Both the position numbers and the translations under genes were made by a program. Shown here piece after piece: positions 51,566 through 60,385 of a stretch of DNA of 64,000 nucleotides (positions within the stretch are counted from its first letter, which is position 1; each line of letters begins with the position of its first letter). The stretch is from Opitutia bacterium (lineage in GTDB: Bacteria; Verrucomicrobiota; Verrucomicrobiia; Opitutales; T3Sed10-336). The notes beneath the pieces were generated by a model. That model was given only the letters and a program-made list of their open reading frames with translations. It ran no database searches and was not told the origin of the DNA. Location: the NCBI GenBank assembly GCA_050506795.1, contig JBJHCF010000028.1, positions 1 through 64,000 on the forward strand, given 5' to 3'.

Positions 51566-52086
51566 CAGGACAAGTTCCCAATGAATGGCGTACGATGGGA
51601 GGCGGCTGTCGAGTTCTGTGAGAAATTGACGGAACGCGAACACCTCGCCGGACGTCTTCCTGAAGACTACGTTTATCGCGTGCCCACCAAGGCCGAATGG
51701 GAATACGCCTGCCGTGCGGGGACGAAAGGCCCGTTAAACCTGGACGCCCCATTGGACGAAATCTTCGCTGTCGTCGACGGCGAAAGCCGTAAACCCAACG
51801 CCTGGGGCTCGACCAAATGCACGGCATCAAATACGAGTGGTGCCTGGACTTGTACGGACCACTTTCGGCGGACCCCGCAACCGACCCGGTCGGCACGGCG
51901 ACCGGTACACGGCGCGTCGCGCATGGCGGCTCGTCCAGCGAGGCCCACGTCCAAGGGGATGATGATCTGGCGAACAAGCTGCGCTACATTCGCTCGGAGG
52001 CCCGCAATCCCGTCATTCCGGATTTCCCGTTGCCGATCCTCGGGCTCCGGATCGTGCTGGCACCGGAAAGGAATCCAGCACCATGA
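51566..52086 (+). pseudogene. FGE-sulfatase-domain (SUMF1/EgtB/PvdO) fragment, apparently 5'-truncated and frameshifted at GGGG 51804-51807
   Basis: PMNGVRWEAAVEFCEKL...YRVPTKAEWEYACRAGT...KPNAWG / LDQMHG..EWCLD...GGS...LGLRIV; adding one G joins the two frames. Confidence 0.8.
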
Positions 52087-52613
52087 CTGATCGAACCCCG
52101 AAACTGATCGACACGGCGAGGTTGGCGACGCGTTTTGAACGCGCCGTCGCCGCCGTACGCCGCAAGCCCGAAACAGCCCGGGCCACTGAACACACCACCG
52201 CACGCCTCCTTCCCGGCGGCCGCTGCGGCATCGCCGTCTGGGGGGAACGCAACGCCTGCGGTTGGCGCGATATTTTTCCCATTGTGGCGGCGCGCGTAAA
52301 GTCCGAGGTGTGTCCGATGTTCTTCCAACTCGGAACGGGCGCCAATCTCGTAAGGTTGATGGAAAAGTGCGGATTCGACAACCTACGCCAGGAAACTATC
52401 GAAGCCACCCTGCGCTACCCAGACGACGAATCCGCCCTGATAGCGGTTTTCGAGGGCGGACCTGTCGCTCTGGCGTATTCAAAGTTCGACGACGTCACCC
52501 GAGCGAACGCCCGCTCCGAATACCTCGAATCCATCGCCCCTTACAAGACGGACCACGGCTACGCCATCCCCGGCCGGTTCGTAATCGCCACCGGACACAA
52601 ACCGGCCCCATAA
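52083..52613 (+). pseudogene. C-terminal half of a class I SAM methyltransferase fused to an unrelated (OsmC-like) N-terminus
   Basis: LLPGGRCGIAVWG...IFPIVAARVKSEVCPMFFQLGTG...YAIPGRFV; no GxGxG motif I. Confidence 0.65.
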
Positions 52614-52805
52614 ACGATGGCCCGCAAAACCCACCCTGGCCCGAATGGTTCTAAGATAATCGCGATGTCCAACACAGTACCTCGATTCAATGTGGCGCTG
52701 GGTTGGGCCGCGGTTGTCTGACGGCGTCTCTCCGGAATCTCGTTTTGAGGTTCCCATTGGGCCTTTTCCTGTTATCAATAAACGTTACAAGCTGCTTCGT
52801 TCATC

Positions 52806-54086
52806 ATGCCCGAATCATTCGCAAAATCCATGCGGGAAATGCAGGACCTTTTGAAAGGACGCACCCCCGAGTCCCTTCTCGAGTATTTTCGCTCCAAAGA
52901 TACCCGCCCCGCCAAACCGATTCCCGCGTTCATGAGCAACCGGGAGGACGCGGTACGGGATCGGCTTGGGAATTTGTCGCTCGATGACTCATCCCGTGAA
53001 ACGCTTTTCGACCCGCAGACCGCCGCGCAAATCGAAAGCTACCAGGCCAACATCGAAGGTTTGATCGGCACCGTAAAAATCCCGGTCGGCATCGCGGGAC
53101 CGCTCCGGGTGAAAGGATTGTTTGCGAACGGCGATTACGTTATCCCTCTCGCCACTCACGAGGCGGCGCTCGTCGCCTCTTGCCACCGCGGCGCGGCGGC
53201 GATCACCGAAAGCGGTGGCTGTCGATCCGTATTGCTAAATGAAGGCGTCTCCCGGGCGCCTGGATTTTCGTTCCACGATTTTCCGGAAGCCGGACTGTTC
53301 CTGCAATGGGCTCTCGTGCAATTCGATACCTTCCGCGATATTGCCGAAACCACAACCAGCCACGGGAAACTCCGCGATATAAGGGTCACGGTCGAAGGTT
53401 GCAATGTGTACCTGATTTTTGAGTACACAACCGGCGACGCGGCCGGCCAGAACATGGTTACCCTGGCGACGGAAGCCGTTTGCCGTCACATCATCGAACA
53501 TACTCCGGTCAAGCCGCGCCACTGGTTCATTGAATCCAATATGTCCGGCGACAAAAAGGCGTCCGTTCAATCGTTCCTAACCGTGCGCGGAAAAAAGGTC
53601 ACCGCCGAAGTTGAACTCCCTCCCGAAATTGTCGAAAAACGGCTTCGCAGCTCGGCGAAAGAGATGGAGCATTTCTGGAGAATGTCGGCGATGGGCGGCG
53701 TGATGAGCGGCACGATCGGGGTGCAGGGACATTTTGCCAACCCGCTCGCCGCGATTTATATCGCCTGCGGGCAGGACGCCGCATGCGTCGCCGAATCGGC
53801 AATCGGGGTGACCCGGTTTGAGGCCATGGACTCCGGCTCCCTCTACGCGGCGGTCACCCTTCCCAATCTCATCGTCGGCACCGTCGGCGGTGGCACGTCA
53901 CTCCCAAGCCAACACGCGTGCCTGGAGATTCTTCAACTGGCCGGAAGCGGAAACGCACGCGCCTTTGCCGAGGTGTGCGGAGCAGCCGCGCTGGCCGGAG
54001 AACTTTCCATAATCGCCGCACTGGCCTCCGGCGACTTCACCCGCGCCCACGACGTTCTCGCCCGCCGGCGGAAGAAAGGGAAGTAA
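52806..54086 (+). CDS. hmgA: Hydroxymethylglutaryl-CoA reductase, class I type
   Basis: IEGLIGTVKIPVGIAGPL; PLATHEAALVAS; TGDAAGQNMVT; SGDKK; GQD; GTVGGGT; GELS; C-terminal RAH. Confidence 0.92.
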   Translation: MPESFAKSMREMQDLLKGRTPESLLEYFRSKDTRPAKPIPAFMSNREDAVRDRLGNLSLDDSSRETLFDPQTAAQIESYQANIEGLIGTVKIPVGIAGPLRVKGLFANGDYVIPLATHEAALVASCHRGAAAITESGGCRSVLLNEGVSRAPGFSFHDFPEAGLFLQWALVQFDTFRDIAETTTSHGKLRDIRVTVEGCNVYLIFEYTTGDAAGQNMVTLATEAVCRHIIEHTPVKPRHWFIESNMSGDKKASVQSFLTVRGKKVTAEVELPPEIVEKRLRSSAKEMEHFWRMSAMGGVMSGTIGVQGHFANPLAAIYIACGQDAACVAESAIGVTRFEAMDSGSLYAAVTLPNLIVGTVGGGTSLPSQHACLEILQLAGSGNARAFAEVCGAAALAGELSIIAALASGDFTRAHDVLARRRKKGK

Positions 54087-54090
54087 TCTC

Positions 54091-55047
54091 ATGGAGACCG
54101 AACACGCACCCCGCTCGTCCGGTTTGCGCCGCTGGTGGACCTACCAGCGGGAGCGGTTCCCCCTATTCCAGCACGGCCCGCTCGTCCTCGCGTTCAGCTT
54201 TGCCGCCGTCAGCTACTCCCGGCTGCTTCGCGAGGATTATTCCTGGCCGGAGCCTCTCCAGCTTTTTGTCGCGTTTGCGACCGCCCTCCTCTTTTTCCTC
54301 CAGTTGCGAATCGCCGACGAGTTCAAGGATTTCGATGAAGACAACCGGTACCGCCCCTATCGCGCCGTGCCACGGGGCCTTGTGCGGCTCCCGGAACTGG
54401 CATGGGTGGGGGTCGGCGCGGCGGTACTGCAGTTCCTCCTCGCGCTGTGGCTTCACCCGCCGATGGTGTTTCTGCTTTTCGGCACCTGGGTTTATCTCGC
54501 CGCAATGAGCAAAGAGTTCTTCGTCCGCGAATGGCTCACCCAACGGCCAATCACCTACCTCTGGACGCACATGCTGATCATGCCGCTGATCGACCTTTAC
54601 GCCACGGCCTGCGATTGGCTGGTCGCGGGACAGGTCCGGCCGCCGACCGGAATTTACTGGTTCCTTATCGTCAGTTTTTTTAACGGCGTGCTGATCGAAA
54701 TCGGGCGAAAAATCCGCTCCCCCGCCGATGAAGAGAACGGTGTCCAGACCTACACGGCCCTGTGGGGGGTGCGTGGCGCGGTGGCCGCATGGCTCGGAAT
54801 CCTCGGTCTCAATCTCACCTTTGCCTCACTCGCCGCCCGTCAGGTGGATTTCCTCCTTCCGGTCGGAATCGCGTTGGCCCTCATGCTCGGCGCGGCCGTG
54901 GTTCTCTGCCTGGGATTTCTTAAAGACGCCACTCCCGGCAAGGGAAAGCGCTTCGAACTTTTCTCCGGCATCTGGACTATCGCGATGTATTTTCTGCTCG
55001 GCATCGTTCCGCTGGTTACGCGCATCCTGTCATCGTCCCCGCAATAA
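54091..55047 (+). CDS. UbiA-family prenyltransferase
   Basis: Multi-TM; Asp-rich LRIADEFKDFDEDNRYRPYRAVPRG; second loop EIGRKIRSPADEENGVQTY. Confidence 0.85.
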   Translation: METEHAPRSSGLRRWWTYQRERFPLFQHGPLVLAFSFAAVSYSRLLREDYSWPEPLQLFVAFATALLFFLQLRIADEFKDFDEDNRYRPYRAVPRGLVRLPELAWVGVGAAVLQFLLALWLHPPMVFLLFGTWVYLAAMSKEFFVREWLTQRPITYLWTHMLIMPLIDLYATACDWLVAGQVRPPTGIYWFLIVSFFNGVLIEIGRKIRSPADEENGVQTYTALWGVRGAVAAWLGILGLNLTFASLAARQVDFLLPVGIALALMLGAAVVLCLGFLKDATPGKGKRFELFSGIWTIAMYFLLGIVPLVTRILSSSPQ

Positions 55048-55062
55048 CACGAACCCCATACT

Positions 55063-57780
55063 ATGAACGTCATACTCGGTCCCAACGATCCGGCGGATAC
55101 GCGCGAAATGGGAGGCAAGGCCGCGGCTCTGGCCACGCTCTCGACCGCGGGCTTTCCGGTTCCCGAATGGTTTGTCCTTACACCGGCCGCCTTCACCAAG
55201 TCCGTGACCGCCGCCGAAAGAAAGGCCCTCGCCGCCGGCGACGATCAAGCCTGGTCGGCAGTCCGTCTCGATTCAAAGATCCAGGCGAAAGTGAATGAGG
55301 CCCTGAACAAACTGACGGGCTCCGCCGAGGGTGAGGTTTACTTCGCGGTGCGATCCTCGGCGGCGGAGGAGGATTCAGCCGGACATTCCTTTGCTGGCCA
55401 GCTGGAAAGTTACCTTTTTATTCCCCGGGAGAACATCGCCGATCGGATCGTGGATGTCTGGCGATCCGCCTTTTCGGAACGTATTCGAACCTACAGGAAA
55501 GAACGCGGGCTCGCCGGACCGCCTTCGCCGCCCGCCGTCCTGGTACAGCGTATGATCAACGCCGAATCGGCAGGCGTCGCTTTCAGTATCGATCCGTTGA
55601 GCGGAAAATGGACACAAGCGGTAGTCTCGGCGGTTCCCGGTCTCGGCGAAGCCCTTGTCGGAGGCGAGGCCGACGCCGACACCTTTATCGTCGATCGCTC
55701 CGGGGAGATCGTTGATCGCAAAGTGGTTGAGAAGGCGACCGTTCACCGTCAGAATCGCGGCGCGGGAGGGGGAGTCTCAATTGAACCTCTCCAACCGCCG
55801 GCCTCCCGCGCGCCCGCCCTGCACGACCACGAAGCACAGGCTGTCGCTGACCTCGCGCGACGCTGCCAGCACCACTTTGGGATTCCGCAGGATATCGAAT
55901 GGGCCTGGTGCGGGGGCCGGCTCTACCTCCTGCAGTCCCGCCCGATCACCACGCTGCATTCACTCGTCGACCCGGAAGGCCTGCTGAATATCTGGGACAA
56001 CAGCAACATCGCAGAGAGCTACGGCGGAGTCACCACTCCTCTCACCTTTTCCTTCGCCCGCTACATTTACACCGAAGTTTATCGCCAGTTCTGTCTTCTG
56101 CTCGGCGTGTCGTCCGAACGTGTTGCCGAGAATCGATCGCTTTTTCAGGGAATGCTCGGGCTGGTTCGAGGGCGGGTGTATTACAATCTCCTGAACTGGT
56201 ACCGAATGCTGGCCCTGCTGCCGGGTTTCTCGGTCAATCACCGCTTCATGGAACAAATGATGGGGGTCAAGGAAGGGCTTCCCCCCGAAGTCCTGAATTC
56301 ACTGCAGGCGACCAGTCTCGGGGCCCGGATTCGTGACGGTGGACGCCTGGCGATATCACTCGTGGGGTTGCTGAAGAGTTACCTGCTGCTTCCCCCCTCG
56401 ATTCGGCGGTTCCATTGCCGCCTCGACAAGGCGTTGGCGGCCGGCGGCGATCTCGCGGATCTGCGCGCGGACGAACTCGGAGCCTCGTTTCATGACCTGG
56501 AAAAAAGCCTGCTAACCCGATGGGATGCCCCCTTGATCAACGACTTTTTCGCGATGATCTTCTTTGGACTGCTGCGCCGTCTTACGGTCAAATGGTGCGA
56601 CGACAAAAACGACACGCTGCAGAACGGACTCCTCTGCGGTTCAGGAGACATCGTGAGCGCCGAACCGGCGCGGCGGATGAAAACCATGGCGCGTATCGTC
56701 GCCTCCGATACCGACTTCGCCAGACGCCTGGCCAAAGGACCTCCGCACGAAGTCATTCAAGCACTCCGCACTCACCCCGAACTCAATCGAGCCTACGAAG
56801 AATACCTGGAAAAATTCGGCGACCGCTGCCTGGACGAGTTAAAACTCGAAAGCACCACCCTCGCCGACAACCCGCTCCTGCTGCTTCGTTCGGTCGGCGA
56901 GCTTGCCTTGCGTGAGACCGCCTCCGGCGAAGACCCGGAGCCGCCGTCCGGCAACCCGTCGTCACCGGCAGCCGTCATTGAAGGCAAAGGGGGCGCAAGC
57001 GACGCGGTTCGCGACGAAGCGGAAAAGGAAGTCGCCCTGCGTCTGAAAGGACGGCCGATCCGTAGTCTGCTTTTCAAACTCGTCCTCAGCCAGGCGCGCG
57101 CGCGGGTCCGGGACCGGGAGAACCTGCGCTTCGAACGGACCCGGCTGTTCGGACGCATCCGCCGGATCTTCGTCGAGATTGGAAAACGTTTCCACGCGTT
57201 CGGTCTCCTGGACGCGCCGGAGGACATCTTCTATCTCGAAGTGTATGAGATTCTCGGATTCATCGAAGGAACGGCCACCACCGCCAATCTCAGGAACCTG
57301 GTCGAGGTCCGGCGCAGCGAATACAACGACTATCGTAACTCCCCGCCACCGGCGGACCGTTTCGAGACGCGGGGAATCGTTCACCAGGGAAACCGATTCG
57401 AGGGAAAGCCCGAAGCCGAGGAAGAATCCATAAGTGACAACAAAAACACCCTCAAAGGCCTCGGATGTTGCCCGGGAAAGATTCGCGGCCTGGCGAGGGT
57501 CATTCGCGATCCGCGCGAAGCGGAGTTGAGAAAGGGCGAAATCCTTGTCGCGGAACGCACCGACCCGGGCTGGATCATGCTCTTTCCTCTCGCCGCCGGC
57601 ATCCTCGTCGAACGGGGGAGCCTGCTTTCCCACTCGGCGATCGTTTCCCGGGAAATGGGGATTCCGGCGATCGTGTCGATTCCCCGGCTCACATCCATTC
57701 TGCAAACAGGCGACGAAGTCGAGTTCGACGGGACCGCAGGAATCGTCAAAATTCTCAAACGCATCACACCGGACCCATGA
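55063..57780 (+). CDS. PEP-synthase-superfamily dikinase with rifamycin-phosphotransferase-type domain order
   Basis: GGKA; AVRSSA..EDS...SFAGQ; QDIEW; QSRPIT; large central domain; C-terminal phospho-His swivel TDPGW...SLLSHSAIVSRE. Confidence 0.9.
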   Translation: MNVILGPNDPADTREMGGKAAALATLSTAGFPVPEWFVLTPAAFTKSVTAAERKALAAGDDQAWSAVRLDSKIQAKVNEALNKLTGSAEGEVYFAVRSSAAEEDSAGHSFAGQLESYLFIPRENIADRIVDVWRSAFSERIRTYRKERGLAGPPSPPAVLVQRMINAESAGVAFSIDPLSGKWTQAVVSAVPGLGEALVGGEADADTFIVDRSGEIVDRKVVEKATVHRQNRGAGGGVSIEPLQPPASRAPALHDHEAQAVADLARRCQHHFGIPQDIEWAWCGGRLYLLQSRPITTLHSLVDPEGLLNIWDNSNIAESYGGVTTPLTFSFARYIYTEVYRQFCLLLGVSSERVAENRSLFQGMLGLVRGRVYYNLLNWYRMLALLPGFSVNHRFMEQMMGVKEGLPPEVLNSLQATSLGARIRDGGRLAISLVGLLKSYLLLPPSIRRFHCRLDKALAAGGDLADLRADELGASFHDLEKSLLTRWDAPLINDFFAMIFFGLLRRLTVKWCDDKNDTLQNGLLCGSGDIVSAEPARRMKTMARIVASDTDFARRLAKGPPHEVIQALRTHPELNRAYEEYLEKFGDRCLDELKLESTTLADNPLLLLRSVGELALRETASGEDPEPPSGNPSSPAAVIEGKGGASDAVRDEAEKEVALRLKGRPIRSLLFKLVLSQARARVRDRENLRFERTRLFGRIRRIFVEIGKRFHAFGLLDAPEDIFYLEVYEILGFIEGTATTANLRNLVEVRRSEYNDYRNSPPPADRFETRGIVHQGNRFEGKPEAEEESISDNKNTLKGLGCCPGKIRGLARVIRDPREAELRKGEILVAERTDPGWIMLFPLAAGILVERGSLLSHSAIVSREMGIPAIVSIPRLTSILQTGDEVEFDGTAGIVKILKRITPDP

Positions 57781-58898
57781 GCCACCCCTCCGCAAATACC
57801 CGTTCCGAAGCGGCCTCCGCAGCCGATTTTACGAAGATCCGTTACGCCCAGTGCTGGGAAGACGCCGACATCCTGCTCGAAGGCCTGGCCATTCGCCCCG
57901 GAGACACCTGCCTCTCGATCGCATCCGCCGGCGACAATGCCCTGGCGATGGTGGCTCGGGGCGCCGGACGGGTCATCGCTCTCGACCTGAATCCCGCCCA
58001 GATTCACTGCGTCGAACTGCGAGTCGCCGCCTACCGTCACCTGGAACATCCGGAACTGCTGGAGCTTATCGGATCACGTCCCAGCGACCGGCGGACCGAA
58101 CTGTATCAAAGATGCCGCGACGCCATCGGTCCGGAAGCCCGGGCGTTCTGGGACAGTCACCATGCGGCCATCGAGAACGGCATCGGCGGCGCCGGGAAGT
58201 TCGAGAGTTATTTCCGAACCTTTCGAACTCGCGTCCTTCCGCTCATCCACCGTCGCAAGACGATGGAGGCCCTGCTTGAGGACCGCGACCGCGACGCGAG
58301 AATCGCCTTTTACGAACGACACTGGAACAATCTCCGGTGGCGACTCCTGTTTCGCCTTTTCTTCTCGCGATTCGTGATGGGACGACTGGGACGGGATCCC
58401 GCGTTCTTTCGGTACGTTGAAGGCAGTGTCGCGGACCGAATTCTCGCCCGTTCGCGCCACGCGCTGACAGAGCTCAATCCGGCCGAGAACCCCTACCTGC
58501 AGTGGATTGTCACCGGTCGCCACACAACCGCCCTTCCCTTCGCGCTTCGACCGGAGAATTTCGATGCCATTCGAAACAACCTCAACGCACTCGAATGGCG
58601 CGTTCAGTCAATTGAGGAATTTATCGAATCGGAAAAGAACGTTCGCGTGGACCGGTTTAATTTGAGCGACATTTTTGAATACATGTCGGAGGAGAACTAT
58701 CAACGCCTTCTGGATACCCTGCTGAAAGTGGCCAATCCCGGCGCGCGTTTGGCCTACTGGAACATGCTCGCGCCGCGACGCAGTCCGGAATCGATGCGTG
58801 AACGAATCCATCCGCTACCGATTGAATCCGAACGTCTGCACAAGCTCGACAAAGCCTTCTTCTACAGCGCATTTGTCCTCGAAGAAACCCCCGGATGA
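57777..58898 (+). CDS. DUF3419 / BtaA-like SAM-dependent 3-amino-3-carboxypropyl transferase
   Basis: YAQCWEDADI; SIASAGDNAL; DLNPAQ; GKFE; NPYL; LSDIFEYM; ATGA overlap with the upstream stop. Confidence 0.85.
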   Translation: MSHPSANTRSEAASAADFTKIRYAQCWEDADILLEGLAIRPGDTCLSIASAGDNALAMVARGAGRVIALDLNPAQIHCVELRVAAYRHLEHPELLELIGSRPSDRRTELYQRCRDAIGPEARAFWDSHHAAIENGIGGAGKFESYFRTFRTRVLPLIHRRKTMEALLEDRDRDARIAFYERHWNNLRWRLLFRLFFSRFVMGRLGRDPAFFRYVEGSVADRILARSRHALTELNPAENPYLQWIVTGRHTTALPFALRPENFDAIRNNLNALEWRVQSIEEFIESEKNVRVDRFNLSDIFEYMSEENYQRLLDTLLKVANPGARLAYWNMLAPRRSPESMRERIHPLPIESERLHKLDKAFFYSAFVLEETPG

Positions 58899-60229
58899 AC
58901 GACACAATCTCCGCAGTCATAGTCCTTGCGGCCCTCGGCGGCTTGATGGCGCTTGTCCGCGTTTGGCAAAATCGACGCACCGTACATCCCGAACTCGCCC
59001 GAAAGGCGCTGCACATCGGGATGGGCACGATCACCCTGACGTTTCCCTGGCTATTCGAATCGCGTCTGTCGGTCGTGCTTCTGGCACTCGCGGCGGCCGC
59101 GGTATTGATTGCCGTCAGAATCCTCCCGCGCCTGGGAGGGATCGGCAACGTGCTCCACGGCGTCGGTCGGAAGTCTCTCGGGGAAATCTATTTTCCTTTC
59201 GGGGTCGCGATCCTCTTCTTTGCGTCCCATGGCGACCCGATGCTTTACACGCCGCCGCTGCTTCTATTGACCTTCGCCGACTCCCTGGCGGCGCTGACGG
59301 GTGTCGCGTTCGGCTCCCGGCACTACACCACCGACGACGGCGCCAAAAGCATCGAAGGGTCTGTCGCATTCTTTGTGACCGCCTTTTTCGCCACGTTTGT
59401 TGCACTTGTTATCTGGAGCCCGCTCGAATGGAAGACGATCCTGCTGGTGGCCGTGCTGTTCGGAATGATCGGCGTGCTGCTGGAAGCGATCGCGTGGCGC
59501 GGACTCGACAACATTTTTATACCAGTCCTCGGGTTTCTTTTTCTGGACGCGTTTCTCGTCCTGGAGGCATTCGACCTGCTGTGGCGCGTCGCCTTGCTCG
59601 GCGGGTTTCTCGTCTTCGCGTTTGTCTGGAAAGCACGGACCACGCTCAACGACTCCGCCCTGCTGGGAAGCGCCCTTTACGGATACCTTACCCTGGCGGT
59701 CGGAGGGGTGATGTGGATGCTTCCTCCGCTGATCCTGTTTCTCTTCTATCCGCGTCTGGTCCCCTATCACTCCGAGACGCGTGAAAACACTCAGCCCGCG
59801 GCCGGCGTGCTCGCCGTCGGGGCTCCCGGCCTATTTTGGCTCCTCCTCTACCGCCTGTCTCCCGATCCGCTTTATCTCCTCCCCTACACCTTCACATTCG
59901 CGGCGCACCTTGGCATCATTTGGGTAGCCCGGTGGATGAGAGATGAAAGGCGCCTCTCAAACCAACGCCTGATAGTCCACGCTGTCGTATCGACCCTGCT
60001 CATCGTCGTTCTTCCGCTCGGAGTCGTAATGGAACGTACCACGGGCCTGATTCTGTATTTTGTCGCTTCCCTCCTGGCAACGGCACTCGCGTGCCACCTC
60101 GCGGCCCGCCACTTTATCCCTCGACAATGCGCCGGAGAACCCGCTTCGCGCTGCTGGCTCTTTCGCGGCAGCCTGGTTTTCGCTCTGTCCGTGATCCTGC
60201 ACCTTGCGATCACAATCTGGCGCGGATAG
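58895..60229 (+). CDS. Phytol/dolichol kinase-like (CTP-dependent) membrane protein with extra C-terminal TM domain
   Basis: RKALHIGMG; GEIYF; FADSLAALTG; KSIEGSVAFF; LEAIAWRGLDN; ATGA overlap. Confidence 0.8.
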   Translation: MNDTISAVIVLAALGGLMALVRVWQNRRTVHPELARKALHIGMGTITLTFPWLFESRLSVVLLALAAAAVLIAVRILPRLGGIGNVLHGVGRKSLGEIYFPFGVAILFFASHGDPMLYTPPLLLLTFADSLAALTGVAFGSRHYTTDDGAKSIEGSVAFFVTAFFATFVALVIWSPLEWKTILLVAVLFGMIGVLLEAIAWRGLDNIFIPVLGFLFLDAFLVLEAFDLLWRVALLGGFLVFAFVWKARTTLNDSALLGSALYGYLTLAVGGVMWMLPPLILFLFYPRLVPYHSETRENTQPAAGVLAVGAPGLFWLLLYRLSPDPLYLLPYTFTFAAHLGIIWVARWMRDERRLSNQRLIVHAVVSTLLIVVLPLGVVMERTTGLILYFVASLLATALACHLAARHFIPRQCAGEPASRCWLFRGSLVFALSVILHLAITIWRG

Positions 60230-60323
60230 CCCGGAAACCGTCTCTCTTTTCTCCTGTATCTCGCAAAAAATACATTATAGATTCGATCTCTCCCGGGTTT
60301 GATTCCCCGACGCTTGCTTCGAT

Positions 60324-60351
60324 CTCAAATTTCAAATTTTAAATTTCAAAT
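60324..60351 (+). repeat. Four tandem heptamers (consensus TTCAAAT)
   Basis: CTCAAAT TTCAAAT TTTAAAT TTCAAAT. Confidence 0.8.
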
Positions 60352-60385
60352 GCCTCGGGGCTCGCCCCGAGGATCTTTACTCCCA

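Noticed and set aside
51566..52086. Diversity-generating retroelement target (FGE/C-lectin fold)
   Set aside because: No reverse transcriptase or template repeat seen in the window.
55063..57780. Rifampicin resistance (rph) or PEP synthase (ppsA)
   Set aside because: Domain order excludes ppsA; translational coupling in a biosynthetic operon argues against rph.
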